A stretch of 64,000 nucleotides of DNA from Octopus vulgaris (GCA_951406725.2 OX597823.1:91512001-91576000), one strand, 5' to 3'. Positions 27,283 through 41,661 are shown, numbered from the stretch's first letter. The notes: generated from the letters alone by a model not told the origin. A program made the numbers and translations.

Positions 27283-28121
27283 GACACTGTATCTGCACAC
27301 ATGGAATTGAAGTTAATTTGTTTAGAATGTTGGAATATTTTATGCAGCTCATCAGAAAGAAATCGGATAAAATATTTCCTTTTCTCTCACGGAATTTTTC
27401 TGACTGACATATTTCCAAAATGGAAAGCTTTTAATTTTTTTCATGTTGGTTCTTATTTATATACTAATTGGTATTTTTCTTTTTTTTTTTACATATTTTT
27501 TCAACATTATAGAGAAAAAAATGCCAAAAGTATACATAAAAAAAATAAAGAAACGATGAAAAATATAAAATTTAAAAACAAAAATGGGAATAATAAATTA
27601 AAAATGTACTTGTAAAATAAATAAATAAATAATATAATATAATGCTACCTCTATGGTTAACCTTGCCAAATTATCCATTGGAAAAGTGGATTATTTTGAA
27701 CTTTTATGACACATAATCTATATTTAGTTAAACATGGCAGAAAATAAAGTAAAATAAAGTAAAGTAAAAACAACAAATAAAAAGGAAAGAAAAAAGACTC
27801 AGAGCAAGCCACTGACTAGACACAAGGTGCCAGGTCGGTTAGGTAGATCAGTGAGATCAAGTGGCAGCTCTGGTTGTTCTGAGGAATGAATCAATATTAA
27901 TATTTTTTGAAGATCATCTTTTAAAAGATGATACGAAAAGAGATGGATGTTCCTGTAGCATCCTCTGTCTGTTTCTGTATACAAGGGGGGAAGGGTGGAG
28001 AGAGAAAGAGAGAGAGAGAGCATGTGTATGTGTGTGTACATATGTATGCAGGCATGTATGTATGTGTATATTTGTATGTGTATATGTGTGTGTGCATGTG
28101 TGTGTATATATATATATATAT

Positions 28122-28330
28122 GTATAGAGAGAGATGTGTATATATATGTTTATCTCTCTCCCCCCAGATGGAGTACTTTCTTTGTTGATCTTACCATCAC
28201 AGAAGAGTACATTATATATATATGTGTGTGTGTGTGTATGTATGTCTAATATATATACATATGATGTACTGTTCTGTGATGGTAGCATCAACAAAGAAAG
28301 TACTCCATCTAGTGAGAGATAAACATATAT

Positions 28331-28360
<30 letters not shown>
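28122..28360. repeat. foldback element with ~85 bp inverted arms around a TA/TG spacer
   Basis: AGATGGAGTACTTTCTTTGTTGAT..ACCATCACAGAA.AGTACAT pairs with ATGTACT.TTCTGTGATGGT..ATCAACAAAGAAAGTACTCCATCT. Confidence 0.8.
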
Positions 28361-28402
<42 letters not shown>

Positions 28403-29352
28403 ACACATGCACATACACATATACACATACACATATACACACACACATATACACATTCATACATACATACATTCATACATACATATGTACACGCACACAC
28501 ATATATAATCTATATACACATACATATATATATACACATATATATGTGTTTGTATATATATATCATCATCATCATCGTTTAACATCTGCTGCTGCTGCTG
28601 ATGATGATATATATATTGATGAGGATGATATATACTGAGATAGATACATAGATAGATTGATAGATAGACAGATAGGTAGATAAATAGATAGAGAGAGATG
28701 CAACATCAAAGCGACGCCAATAGGAGATGAAGAGAAAAAGGGTGAAAGAGATATTAAGTGAAGGAAAAATGAAGAATTTGAAAGTACTTTGAGAAACCAG
28801 AGCCAGGATTTGTAATTGAGAACCTTGTGGAGGATGTTAGTAGGTTACAGGGATTTGATGACAAGAACGGTTAGATGAGACGAAGTGAGTGGTTTGTACA
28901 GAGACAATTCATAGCAGTTGTTAAATAATGAATATCTTGTTCAATGTTTATCAATGATGTAATGTGAATTTACTTTGCTACTGTCTCACTGCTGAGAGTT
29001 GTAGCAGGATCAAAGATCATATTCCAGTTTTTCAGGTAAGTAAACAGGTGATGATAAGATGTTCATACATTTGTATATCTAGGTTGTGTATGTGTATATA
29101 TATAAAATTAAATAGTAAGGGTAGAAATTGATATTAATCAATTAAAACCAGTGGCTTAACATATTTTTTTTAAAATCCGAAGATTAAAAATTGTGTTACA
29201 TACAAAATTGAGAGGAATGACCACTAAAGTGGACACCTAATATGCTAAACATAGACATCAAATCGCTATTACCACAAAGAATGTGCTCTCAAGAAAAATC
29301 TCACCAAAACACCAAAATGTAAAAATGCGCAAGCCAAATGAAAATGTACGAA

Positions 29353-29585
29353 ATATATTTCTTTACTGCCCACAAGGGGCTAAACACAGAGGGGACAAAG
29401 AAGGTCAGACGAAGGGATTGAGTCGATTATATCGCCCACAGTGCGAAACTGGTACTTTATTTATCGACCCCGAAAGGATGAAAGGCAAAGTTGACCTCCG
29501 CGGAATTTGAACTCAGAACGTAACGACAGTCGAAATACCGCTAAGCATTTCGCCCGGCGCGCTAACGATTCTGCCAGCTCGCCAC
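29353..29585 (-). mobile_element. SINE family B
   Basis: reverse complement of 23709-23965. Confidence 0.85.
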
Positions 29586-29592
29586 CGATTAA

Positions 29593-29665
29593 CTATATAC
29601 CATGGTTTCACTTGTTAATATCTACATATATAAACATGTAAATATCCGCAAGATCGTCAGCGTAG
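29593..29665 (-). ncRNA. type-I hammerhead ribozyme
   Basis: CTACG-CTGACGA-TCTTG..CAAGT-GAAA-CCATGG-TA-TATAG; palindromic helix III ACCATGGT; GUA cleavage triplet. Confidence 0.7.
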
Positions 29666-30024
29666 TCTGTTGCTTACAAAACACAATTTCCAGAACTAGA
29701 TACAGAACGCGCAACTGAAATCGAGCCTATATAAAGTTCTACAAATTATATTTGGGTGTATTTTTCAAATGTCTTCACTTTGGCGCACTGAGGCTGGAAA
29801 TTACTCTGCAGTTAATTAATTTCAGCAGCTAATTTACCAGTTAGAGAATATTTTTTTTATTCAAAATTAAATAATAAGGGTAGAAATTGATATTAATCAA
29901 TTAAAACCATTTGTCTTGAGATTTTTCTTGAGAACACATACTTCGTGGTAATGGCGATTTGACGTTTATGTTTAGCATATAGGGTGTCCACTTTAGTGCT
30001 CATTCCTCTTAATTTCGTATGTAT

Positions 30025-30400
30025 TCTTTTATTCTTTTATTTGTTTCAGTCATTTGAATGCAGGCATGCTGGAGCACTACCCTTTTAGTTGACCAATTTG
30101 AGCCCAGGATTTATTCTTTGTATCAATCTCTTTTGCCAAACTGCTAAGTTACTGCAACATAAACTCACTAACATTAGTTGTCAAGCGATAGTGAGGGGTA
30201 CGAACACAGCCATACATACGCACACACACACACACATATATACACGATGGGCTTCTTTCAGTTTTCGTCTACTAACAAGTCTATGGTTGGCCCGTGGTTA
30301 TAATTGAAGACACTCACCCAAGGTGCCATGCAGTGGGACTGAATCTGAAACCATGTAGTTGGTAAGCAAGCTACTTACCACACAGCCACTCCTGCACCTA
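30025..30400 (-). mobile_element. SINE family A
   Basis: homology to 277-677. Confidence 0.85.
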
Positions 30401-30415
30401 TATATAAATAATATA

Positions 30416-30497
<82 letters not shown>

Positions 30498-31066
30498 AAT
30501 TATATAGTTATCGCCAAGCTAATATGGCAGTCCATAAATATAAGACTAAAGCTGCCGTTGATTAGCTCCAAGAGGCCATCGCCTCTAGCTAGCTATATGA
30601 CACACGAACCTGTGTCCATTATGACCATCGAACAGGGGAGGTCAGCTGCTTCCCCTTGCTGGTTAGGCATCTGCAGACATGTTTCAGGGTACTTGCCCTT
30701 TATCAATGCACATATATATACACACACATACACACACATATATACACACTCACATACACACACATATATACACACACACATACCTACATACATACGCATA
30801 TATATATGTATACATATATACATGCACACATGCATACATGTACATAGACACACACACATACACGTACAGAGAGAGTGAAAGTGAGTGAGTGAGAGAAAAG
30901 GTGTGTGAAAGAGAGAGAGAGTATATATGTACAAGCACACATAAATGTACAGTAGATTGATATATCCATATCTAGAATCATACCTGTACCTATACACATA
31001 TGTATACAGACAGATATATAAACATACGCTTACATATACAGACACTCACACACATGCATTCACACA

Positions 31067-31463
31067 TCTTTATATATAAAAGAGAGGTTGTGTGCTGTCT
31101 GTCTCCTATGATTTAGATTCCTAACTACTCCCACATTTTGCGGTGCAGTTTAACCAAAACCGGGTATCTTATAGTCGTGATTCATATCGAGCCCTTCTGG
31201 GTATTAGCGCGCATCTACGATGAGTCTATGAAATTTTAAAAAATTTACCATCAATTTTTCCCATTTTAATGCATTTTTGGCATATATAAGGGAAGTAACT
31301 CTCTAAAAAATTTTTTTTTAAATCTCAGAACGTAAAAAGCTACAGTAACACCCCCCTTTTTGTGGTTAGCCATATTGAGATGGCTATTATAATTTACATC
31401 TCTAAAAATGCTTATATAGTTATTTCCCTTACAAACCCGAGCAACGCCGGGCAATACTGCTAG
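31067..31463 (+). mobile_element. non-autonomous Helitron
   Basis: A|TC start, subterminal hairpin, CTAG|T end; near-identical to 17587-17980. Confidence 0.88.
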
Positions 31464-31771
31464 TCATTTATAAGATGACGTTAAGAGATGAATCTCTCTA
31501 CATCTTTCCCAATCTTTCTTTCTCTCTGTCATCCAGATTCTAATAATATGTTTGCTTAAAGTTTACTGCCTCATTCACTTTTGTTTACGTTCTTTACATT
31601 CTGAATGGCTTGAGCACAATCTGAATCTGCTCCAGGAAATACAAATTAATATAATTTAATGAAATATTTATAAAGACATTCCAAATTTAAACCGAATTTA
31701 TCACTAGACTTCAATAATATTAACTAAACTTCTATGTTTGTAGTTTAAAAAATCGATCAATATATATTTTT

Positions 31772-32155
31772 TTTCTTTTATTTGTTTTGGTCATTTGACT
31801 GTGGCCATACTGGAGCACTTCCTTTAGCTGAACAAGTCAACGCCAGGCCTTATTCTTTTGTAAGCCTTATTCTATTCTATTGAGCACTTTTGCCAAACTG
31901 CTAAGTCACAGGGACATAAACACACTAACATCAGTTGTCATGTGGGATGTGGGGACAAGCACAGATACACAAACATAATGCATATATATATATACAATGG
32001 GCTTCTTTCAGTTTCCATCTATCAAAGCTACTCACAAGGCTTTGGTCAGCCTGAGGCTATAGTAGAAGATACTTGCCCAAGGTACTGCATGGTTGGACTG
32101 AACCCGAAATCATATGGTTAAGAAGTAAGCTTCTTATCACATAGCCACGCCTGTG

Positions 32156-32160
<5 letters not shown>
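31772..32160 (-). mobile_element. SINE family A
   Basis: homology to 277-677. Confidence 0.8.
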
Positions 32161-32251
<91 letters not shown>

Positions 32252-32502
32252 TTATTTGAGGGAATATCAATCCAAACTTACAGGGAAAAAATTCAATTTA
32301 GAAATGCTAAATCAAATTTCACACAATATAATATATATATATAAAAAATTAGAAAAAAACCCACCTTTTATCAATTCAAAATGAACAATTAAATTACACC
32401 ATCTAGAAAATTACATATAATAGAAATATTAAAATTAAAATAACAATAAAATATCAATGATTTAAGTAAATTGCAAAAAAAAAACGTATATAATTGGTAG
32501 AA

Positions 32503-32591
32503 TAACGACATGTGTTTCGTGGCTATATTTAAGAAATGATTATAGTAGTAGTAAAATCACTTCAATATAAATATAGCCACTCATCAGGTTA
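32503..32591 (-). ncRNA. type-I hammerhead ribozyme with canonical core
   Basis: TAAC-CTGATGA-GTGGCTATATTTA..TAAATATAGCCAC-GAAA-CACAT-GTC-GTTA; 13 bp perfect helix II; GUC triplet; lies in an AT-rich island (~32247-32640) between (TA)n tracts. Confidence 0.85.
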
Positions 32592-32633
32592 AAAATAAAC
32601 TAGAATAATAAAATAATTAATAGATAAATATAC

Positions 32634-32709
<76 letters not shown>

Positions 32710-33151
32710 GAAAATACTAAATATACATAAGTGAAAACTAAAACAATATTTAAATTATTAAATACTTTGAAATTAATTAAAATGCATATTAATTCTTATA
32801 TCTATCTATATATATACTCCTATTTATATACTTGTATATATACCCCTTATCAACTATTAATTATTTCATTACTGTTTTTATCCAATTTGCCAGCAATTTA
32901 TTGAGAGAACTGACCTGCCATAAATGCTGACAATGAAATAAGCTTGCAAAATCCTGTTTGCCAAAATTCAAGTGTGTCACTGTTGCACCTATTTCTTAAC
33001 AGCCATTTCCACCCCGTATGTGTCATCAAATCTCTGTCCTCAAAGACTGTCCTTCATTGACCAAAACGATGAAAGTCAGGAGACATCAGATGCTGAAGGG
33101 AGGACAGGTGGACAACTGACCAACACAAATTGCTAATTGCCTGATTTGTTG

Positions 33152-33707
33152 CATGACCTTCGAACATTAGGCCTCACTGAGGCAATGACCAGTGACCGAG
33201 ACTTTTGGAAATATGCAGTGTGGGAAAAGACCCAGCAAGCCAAGTGAGACCATAAACTGTGGTCAATGCCAGGGGTGTAACCAGCCCACTTATGCATACC
33301 TTTCCTTTACTGGACACTAAACTCTACTTGCGAAGACCTGTTGAAGCAAGTGAAATCAAAATTGAATCAAATTCGATGACTGGCATCCGTGTCAGTGGAG
33401 CACGAAGAGCACCATCCAAGCATGATCATTGCCAGAGTAGCTGACTGGCTCCTGTGCAGGTGGAACATAAAAAACACCATTTGAGAGTGGCTGTTGCCAG
33501 TACCACCTACTGGCCCTTGTGCTGGTGGCACATATAGGCACTCACTGCACTCTTGGAGTAGTTGGCGTTAGGAATGCCATCCAGCTGTAGAAACTCTGCT
33601 AGATCAGATTGGAGCCTGGTGTAGCCATCTGGTTTGCCAGTCCTCAGTCAAATCGTCCAACCCATGCTAGCATGGAAAGCAGATGTTAAACGATGATGAT
33701 GATGATG
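33152..33707 (+). mobile_element. RTE-LINE 3' end (family C) including last RT codons
   Basis: HDLRTLGLTEAMTSDRDFWK plus family C UTR and (GAT)n. Confidence 0.8.
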
Positions 33708-33744
33708 TTGCTAAATATGAATGTGATACAGAATTGTTATGATT

Positions 33745-33930
33745 ATCAGACACTTGTTCAGTGTCTTACTCCCAATAGCTGCCCTAACCATTTTCAGTGT
33801 CTTAAAGTACCACTTACCATTGAAGGTACAGCCATGTCCTAGAAAATCATGAGGAATGATGCCCTCGTTATGCCCTAAAATGGTGATCACAGGTTTATCC
33901 ATCAATCACTGGCCCTTGAACTTCTTCCAT
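33745..33930 (-). pseudogene. mariner transposase internal fragment
   Basis: KKFKGQ*LMDKPVITILGHNEGIIPHDFLGHGCTFNGKWYFKTLKMVRAAI resembles the mariner KKFK..SAGKVM.TVFWD..GII..D.L..G.TING.YY segment. Confidence 0.65.
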
Positions 33931-35216
33931 TCCATATATTACATGTTAGGTTTTGTGTCACATGTTCCTACGTCATTCTTAGGTATTTCTACCCCTACTT
34001 TTGTTTTGATATTTCTTATAAAAGCAAGTAAATATATATATGTATATATATTTGTATTTTCAATGCTGGCTTTGCATTCTCTTTCTAAAATCAATGACTT
34101 TTTTTAACGATTGCAATACTTTAATACCAAGTTCAGACTAATTGAATTTATAAATAGTCAAAAAGCACTTCAGCTGAAACTATCTGCATTCTTTTGTTCA
34201 AACATTGTGTATCTATGTCTACATTCACACATTTCATTCATATTATTTCTCAGACACAAGAATTTTATTTTGGGAAAATTTGGTTTCTATTTCTAACAGG
34301 ACAATTGCTCGTGATGACTTTCTCCTGGTGGCAATTGTCATCCTTATTTAATTCTCAAATGTTCATAGAAACCTGATTATTTATTAGGTTTACACACAAT
34401 CTCATTTACTTATGAACTGTTTGACATTCTGTAGTCACACAGTGAACTATAAACAGAAGTGCTCTTTACATCCTATGCTCCAACGTCACCCATTTTCCAT
34501 AAATACAAAACTGTAATTCAGCTGAGAGATCAAAAGATTCTAAATTTTCCTGATGAAGTTTAATGAGTTGGAAATGTATGCGTAATTGGTATAAATGAAT
34601 AAATACGAGATAGATTAGCCATGCCCTTGTTTGTTTGTCGTACAAATGTGTTTGTGAAGATTTTTAAACATAATAAACGGTGACAAAAAAATTATCTTCA
34701 AAAATTGGAGAAAATGAACGCTAAATACGAATAATGAAACAAAGATGATATGCTAGGTGGAAAACCAATTCTACAGAATGTGAATATGTTTGAAGCAATA
34801 AGGGATCTTAAACTGGTTATTTTAAATATGGAATTGTGGCTCTTAGTGATGGTAGCCATACAAAACAAAAAGGGAAATTCTGTGGTAACAGACATGCTTA
34901 ATATTCATCATCATCATCATCATCATTTAGCGTCCGGTTTCCATGCTAGCATATATACATATATTTATATATCATCCTCATTTAACGTCTGCTTTCCATG
35001 CTGGCATGCATTGAACAATTTGACGGGAGCTGGAAAGACTGGGGGCTGCACCAGGCTCTGTTGTCTGCCCTGGAATGGTTTTTATGGCTGGATGCCCTTC
35101 CTAACACCAATCACTTTATAGAATGTACTGGGTACTTTTATGCAGTACCAGCACGTGTACTTTTCATGTGGCATGGCACCAACACTGGCATCAATTCTCA
35201 CACACACAAACGCACA

Positions 35217-35269
<53 letters not shown>

Positions 35270-35332
35270 GTGCGTCTGTTTTCCATATGGCATGCACATA
35301 TACATGCATGTGTCTGTATATTTGTGTATGTA

Positions 35333-35605
<273 letters not shown>

Positions 35606-35794
35606 TGAGTGTATTTTTACCTTGTTAACAATTAACACGGAAAAATAAGTAAATAGTTACCAGGGCAGCAAAAATTTCACAAGTAAAGGTGTTGTAACTC
35701 CTTGTTTAAAAAGGTAGAAACTTCGTATTTACGTTGAATATTTGAATAATATGAATAAAAAATGGAGTTAACGCAGGTGTAAACAAATATTTTT

Positions 35795-35880
35795 ACTTTC
35801 GACACATGTTTCGAAAATTCCACTGATACTATTCAAAAGAATAAATGGTATAAACAATGCAATCTTCTCTTCGGGAAAGT
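35795..35880 (-). ncRNA. hammerhead ribozyme variant in PLE pLTR
   Basis: ACTTTC-CCGAAGA-GAAGATT..AATTTTC-GAAA-CATGT-GTC-GAAAGT; 6 bp helix I; U4C core variant. Confidence 0.7.
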
Positions 35881-36081
35881 GAAAAAAACGAAACTCGTCA
35901 ATACGACATTTTAGCAAAAAATGATGGATTTGTATAGCGACAAACAGAACGCTATTAATATTGTTTAAAAAAACGTTATATGATATAACGTCATAAGTAG
36001 CTAACAGAAAGAGTAGGGATATTAATAGTGAATGTTAAATATAAAGGAAATTAAAGTTTAAACTATATATAATGATAGAGA

Positions 36082-36510
36082 CTACTTATATGCACTAAAA
36101 GTATGTTTCTGCCAATGCTTACATCTGTATGCTCGTTCTATAACCGTGTTTACTAGAGTATTTTTAGAAAAAATAATGAAAAATAGCTCAGAATTGCAGA
36201 GAAGACAGAATTTCTTGCCTTTGTCATATGGTATCGAATTTGAGAGGATCAACCATTCTAAATGAAATTGTTCATTGTGGCCTTTTAAATCCCAAATCAG
36301 TTTGCTGAGACCGGTACTATTCCGTTTATTTCTATCCCTAAATGTTGAGTAATGGATAGAAATTCTTTTAAATAACTCTAACGATGTGCTTCCAATGTAA
36401 AATCGTACTTTATTACGAGTAGTGATTATACACCGGTATAGAGAATTTTTAATCTTAGAGTTACTTGACATAAATTTAATTCTATTGGAATTGACTTCAG
36501 ATACAATAAC
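36082..36510 (-). CDS. GIY-YIG endonuclease domain of a Penelope-like retroelement (5'-truncated; track ORF runs 36082-36609)
   Basis: [53 protein letters not shown], the PLE C-terminal endonuclease pattern. Confidence 0.85.
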   Translation of the reverse strand, partial: VIVSEVNSNRIKFMSSNSKIKNSLYRCIITTRNKVRFYIGSTSLELFKRISIHYSTFRDRNKRNSTGLSKLIWDLKGHNEQFHLEWLILSNSIPYDKGKKFCLLCNSELFFIIFSKNTLVNTVIERAYRCKHWQKHTFSAYK

Positions 36511-36608
36511 CTTGTTTATTCTTTTGAATAGTATCAGCGGAATTTTCGAAACAAGTGTCGAAAGTAAAAATATTTGTTTACACCTGCGTTTACTCCATTT
36601 TTTATTCA

Positions 36609-36797
<189 letters not shown>

Positions 36798-37065
36798 ATA
36801 TATATATATATATATATTTGGGTTCGAGGTCAAACCCACAAGAGTAAACAAGAGAGGGAGAAACGGGTAGAAACAAGGAAAATGCCCCTTGTATTTGAAT
36901 ACTATTAAAATATTCTTTTAAAAAACTTTCCTTTTAATTTTCACAAAATTTAATTGTTTTCCATACTTACAGTTGAAAAAGGCTAAATGATCGAAACTGG
37001 TACTGAAATGTTTTTTATAAAATTATTTTAGCATTTTCTACCTTGACTTTTCTTTCCAACTATAC

Positions 37066-37135
<70 letters not shown>

Positions 37136-37503
37136 ACATATAGACATATGTAGCTGTATTTCAGTGAAAACATCCCATTTTTCCACACCGGTAAAACATT
37201 TAAACAGATGTGACATGAATATTGAGAAGCATTTAAATCTTTTGTTCACTTTCATCCACAGTGTACAGTGCAGACATTGCAAATTGTAGGTCAACTGCAT
37301 CACCGACAGATTATAGTTCTTAATATATTATGCTGTTGAACATCAAATGCTCAGCATCAAGTAATGCAGGATATGGAAATTAGTGTGGCTCTTTCAAACA
37401 ATATTCTACTCAGAGCCTGATTTAAATATTGATTGCTCTGTCATAATGCTTTCGTATTCAGTATGCTGGCAAGGTTTTATATATATGTATATATCTATCT
37501 ATC

Positions 37504-37534
<31 letters not shown>

Positions 37535-37583
37535 GTATATAAATATATATTGATAGATAGATAGATATACATAGATATACATA

Positions 37584-38001
<418 letters not shown>

Positions 38002-38635
38002 GAAGAAAAAAAAAAGAAAAAAAAAATATATATGCAATCATATATGTAATATATATATACATATATATACAAAGTATGGGAGTTTAGTTCACAGGTGATC
38101 TAAACGACTAGGTACACTAGGTAAGTGCTATAATGGATTACTAGGGCTCCAAGGTTATAGCTCAGACCATAATTATGGAACCATTGTAGATTTCTGATAC
38201 AGCAGACATTTAATTGTGAAAGAGAACAACAAACATTAAGGCAAAACAAACAATACAAGTCATATATCATTCTTTAACGATTATATACATACATACATAC
38301 ATACATACATACATACATACATACATACACACATACACACATACATACATACACACACATACATACACACACACATACATATACACACACATACATACAT
38401 ACATACATACATACATACATACATACATACATACATACATGATGGCCGTCCACTCGTGACCGAGGAAGACCATTGCCGACCTTCAGGAACATTGTGCGCT
38501 CTAGGACTAACTTATATTTTGCATTTGCGGCTCCGTTGGTGGCTGAGAAAGTCAGAGCCAGATAAATCTATACCAATATATCTCTGTACATTTCTATATC
38601 TGTATATCTATCTCATTCTAAATATATATATGTAT

Positions 38636-39058
38636 AGGCACGGGAGTGGCTGTGTGGCAAGTATCTTGCTTCCCAATCACATGGTTTTGGGTTCATTCCC
38701 ACTACCTGGCACCTTTGGCAAGTGTCTTCTACTATAGCCCCGGGCTGACCAAAGACTTGTGAGTGGATTTGGTAGACAGAAACTGAAGGAAGCCTGTCGT
38801 ATATATGTATATAAATATATATATGTATGTGTGTATATATGTTTGTGTATCTGTATTTGTCCCCCCACCATCGCTTGACAACCGATGGTGGTGTATTTAC
38901 ATCCCCGTAACTTAGCAGTTCGGCAAAAGAGACTGAGACTGATGGAATAAGTACTAGGCTTACAAAGAATAAGTACTGGGGCTGATTTGCTTGACTAAAG
39001 GTGGTGCTCCAGTATGGCCACAGTCAAATGACTGAAACAAGCAAAAAGTAAATGAGTG
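38636..39058 (+). mobile_element. SINE family A
   Basis: homology to 277-677. Confidence 0.85.
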
Positions 39059-39080
39059 TATATATATATATATATACATG

Positions 39081-39388
39081 TGGAGGCGCAATGGCCCAGT
39101 GGTTAGGGCAGCGGACTCACGGTCATAGGATCGCGGTTTCGATTCCCAGACCGGGCGTTGTGAGCGTTTATTGAGCGAAAAACACCTAAAAGCTCCACGA
39201 GGCTTCGGCAGGGGGTGGTGATCCCTGCTGCACTCTTTCACCACTCTTTCTCTCTTTCTTCTGTTGGCCTGCTCGCTTAGCCAGCGGGGTGGCGTCATTT
39301 GAAGGCTAAAAAACAGTGCAAACGCATTGTGACCAGCGATGTGTAGAACATCTGATGGTCTGGTCGGTCACGTGATCACGTGACGTGA
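39081..39388 (+). mobile_element. SINE family D, full length, (CACGTGA)-like tail
   Basis: A/B boxes; homology to 37731-38001. Confidence 0.85.
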
Positions 39389-39751
39389 TATATATACATA
39401 TACATATGCACACATACACACATACACTTACACACACATGCACACACAAACACACACACACACATATACATAAATATATATATACATATATGCATACATA
39501 TCGTATAGTATTTTTTTTATTGATATGGTTCTGTTTTAGCTGTCTCTGAAAGACCATTCAAGTTGATTCTTTGATTGACATCATCACTGCTGCTCTTAAT
39601 CTCCTAATTATTGTCTTCTGTCTGCTCCAAAACAATCTCCATCTAAACTCTCAACCATTCTCCACTAAGAAACCCATCAAGGCTATTGCAACTCCCTCCA
39701 CAATATATATATATACTCACCTCCATAAATCATTACTTTCTTCAAAGTAAA

Positions 39752-39856
39752 TCTTTCTTGTACTTATTCTATCAGTCACTTTTGCCAGACCACCGAGTTA
39801 TGGGGACGTTAACACACCAGCATCAGTTGTCAGGTGATGGTGGGGAGACACACACA

Positions 39857-39915
<59 letters not shown>

Positions 39916-40110
39916 ACCCACAAACACACACACACATACACACATATAAACGACGGGCTTCTTTCAGTTTCCAACAATCAGATCCACTCACAATTTTCTG
40001 CTCAGCCTGAGGCTGCAATAGTAGACACTTGCCCAAGGTGCCATGCAGTGGGACTGAACCTAGGAGCGGTTGGGAAGCCGGCATTTTCCCACACAGCGAC
40101 TCCTGCACCT
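39752..40110 (-). mobile_element. SINE family A
   Basis: homology to 277-677. Confidence 0.8.
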
Positions 40111-40259
40111 TATATATCATCATCATCATTTAACATCTGCTTTCCATGCTGGCATGGGTTGGACAGTTTGTCCAGGTTTCTACAGCTGGATGCCCTTCCT
40201 AATGCCAGCCACTCCAGGAGTGTAGTGGGTGTTTTTTACGGTGTGTGTGTGTGTGTGTG

Positions 40260-40585
40260 TGAAGGCACATGGCTCAGTGGTCAGGGTATTCAGATTATGA
40301 TCGTACAGTCATGAGTTCAATTCCAAGTGATGCATTGTATCCATAAGTAAACACTTTATTTCACATTACTTCAGTTCACTCAGCCGGCAAAAATGAGCAG
40401 CACCTTTATTTCAAAGGGGTCAACCGTGTCCCATTCTGTGTGTCACACTGAATCTCCTTGAGAAGTACGTTAAGAGTACACATGTCTGAGGAATGCTCAG
40501 CCACTTGGACTTTAATTTCATAAGCAGGCTGTCTGCTGATTGTATCAACTGGAACCCCCATCGTCATAACTAACAGAATGCCAGG
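40260..40585 (+). mobile_element. SINE family F
   Basis: A-box TGGCTCAGTGG, B-box GTTCAATTCC; tail shared with 3755-3900 and 43010-43150. Confidence 0.75.
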
Positions 40586-40588
40586 TAG

Positions 40589-40656
<68 letters not shown>

Positions 40657-41439
40657 ACATACATACACACACACACACTCATATATATAGGTATATGAAT
40701 ACACAAATAGGCATATGTATACACAAACACATTTGTATTATACACACATAGATGGTGGGACAGATGGGAAGAGAGAGAGGCAGAAAGATAATTTGCATTT
40801 ACAGACATATACACATGTATATATGTGTGTATGTGTGTGTGTATACCTGTGTGTCTGTGCATGTGTGCTGCGTGTGTATACAAATATGTATATATACACC
40901 TATGTATGTATATAACTACATATATACATATATGCATATACATATGTATTTACATTTATTCATATATATATAAGTGCATTTATATAGACATTTATGGAAA
41001 AACATGTATGTGTGTGTATATATGTGTATACAGGCACATATATGTATATTTATATGTATGTATTTGTGTGTGTATGTGCACTTTGGGTGCATGTTTGCAT
41101 AAGTGTTTGTGTATGTGACTTTGCACTAAAATTCAAACTAGTATTATGTGGGGAAAAATCTACCAGCATTTATGAATATACATAATATAAATATGTTGTT
41201 AAAATCAGCATAGAAGGCACATAAGACTAAAGGTCATATGCAAATTCTTATTCTGGTCACCCCACAAGAGGAACAACAACAACAACAACAACAACAACAA
41301 AAAACAACATTAAACTAACACTTGCTTTTGTTGCTTGCATTTGAATACACTCAAAAAAAGAAAAGAAAAATGGTATTTGTGTGTAAATATGCATATTTTG
41401 TTATATATAAATATGCATAAACATATGTATGTATGTATG

Positions 41440-41493
<54 letters not shown>

Positions 41494-41497
41494 CATG

Positions 41498-41529
<32 letters not shown>

Positions 41530-41539
41530 TGTATGTATG

Positions 41540-41576
<37 letters not shown>

Positions 41577-41661
41577 CTCTATATATATATGTATAAACAT
41601 ATATATATATATATAGGTAGTATAGACATCTATGTAGATACATACACAAATTTTAGTGTAT

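Larger units (their letters stand above)
29104..30024 (-). mobile_element. Penelope-like pLTR relic with direct and inverted repeats and an HHR; SINE B inserted at 29353-29585
   Basis: direct repeat ~29104-29150 / 29863-29909; inverted repeat ~29198-29303 / 29917-30023; HHR at 29593-29665. Confidence 0.65.
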
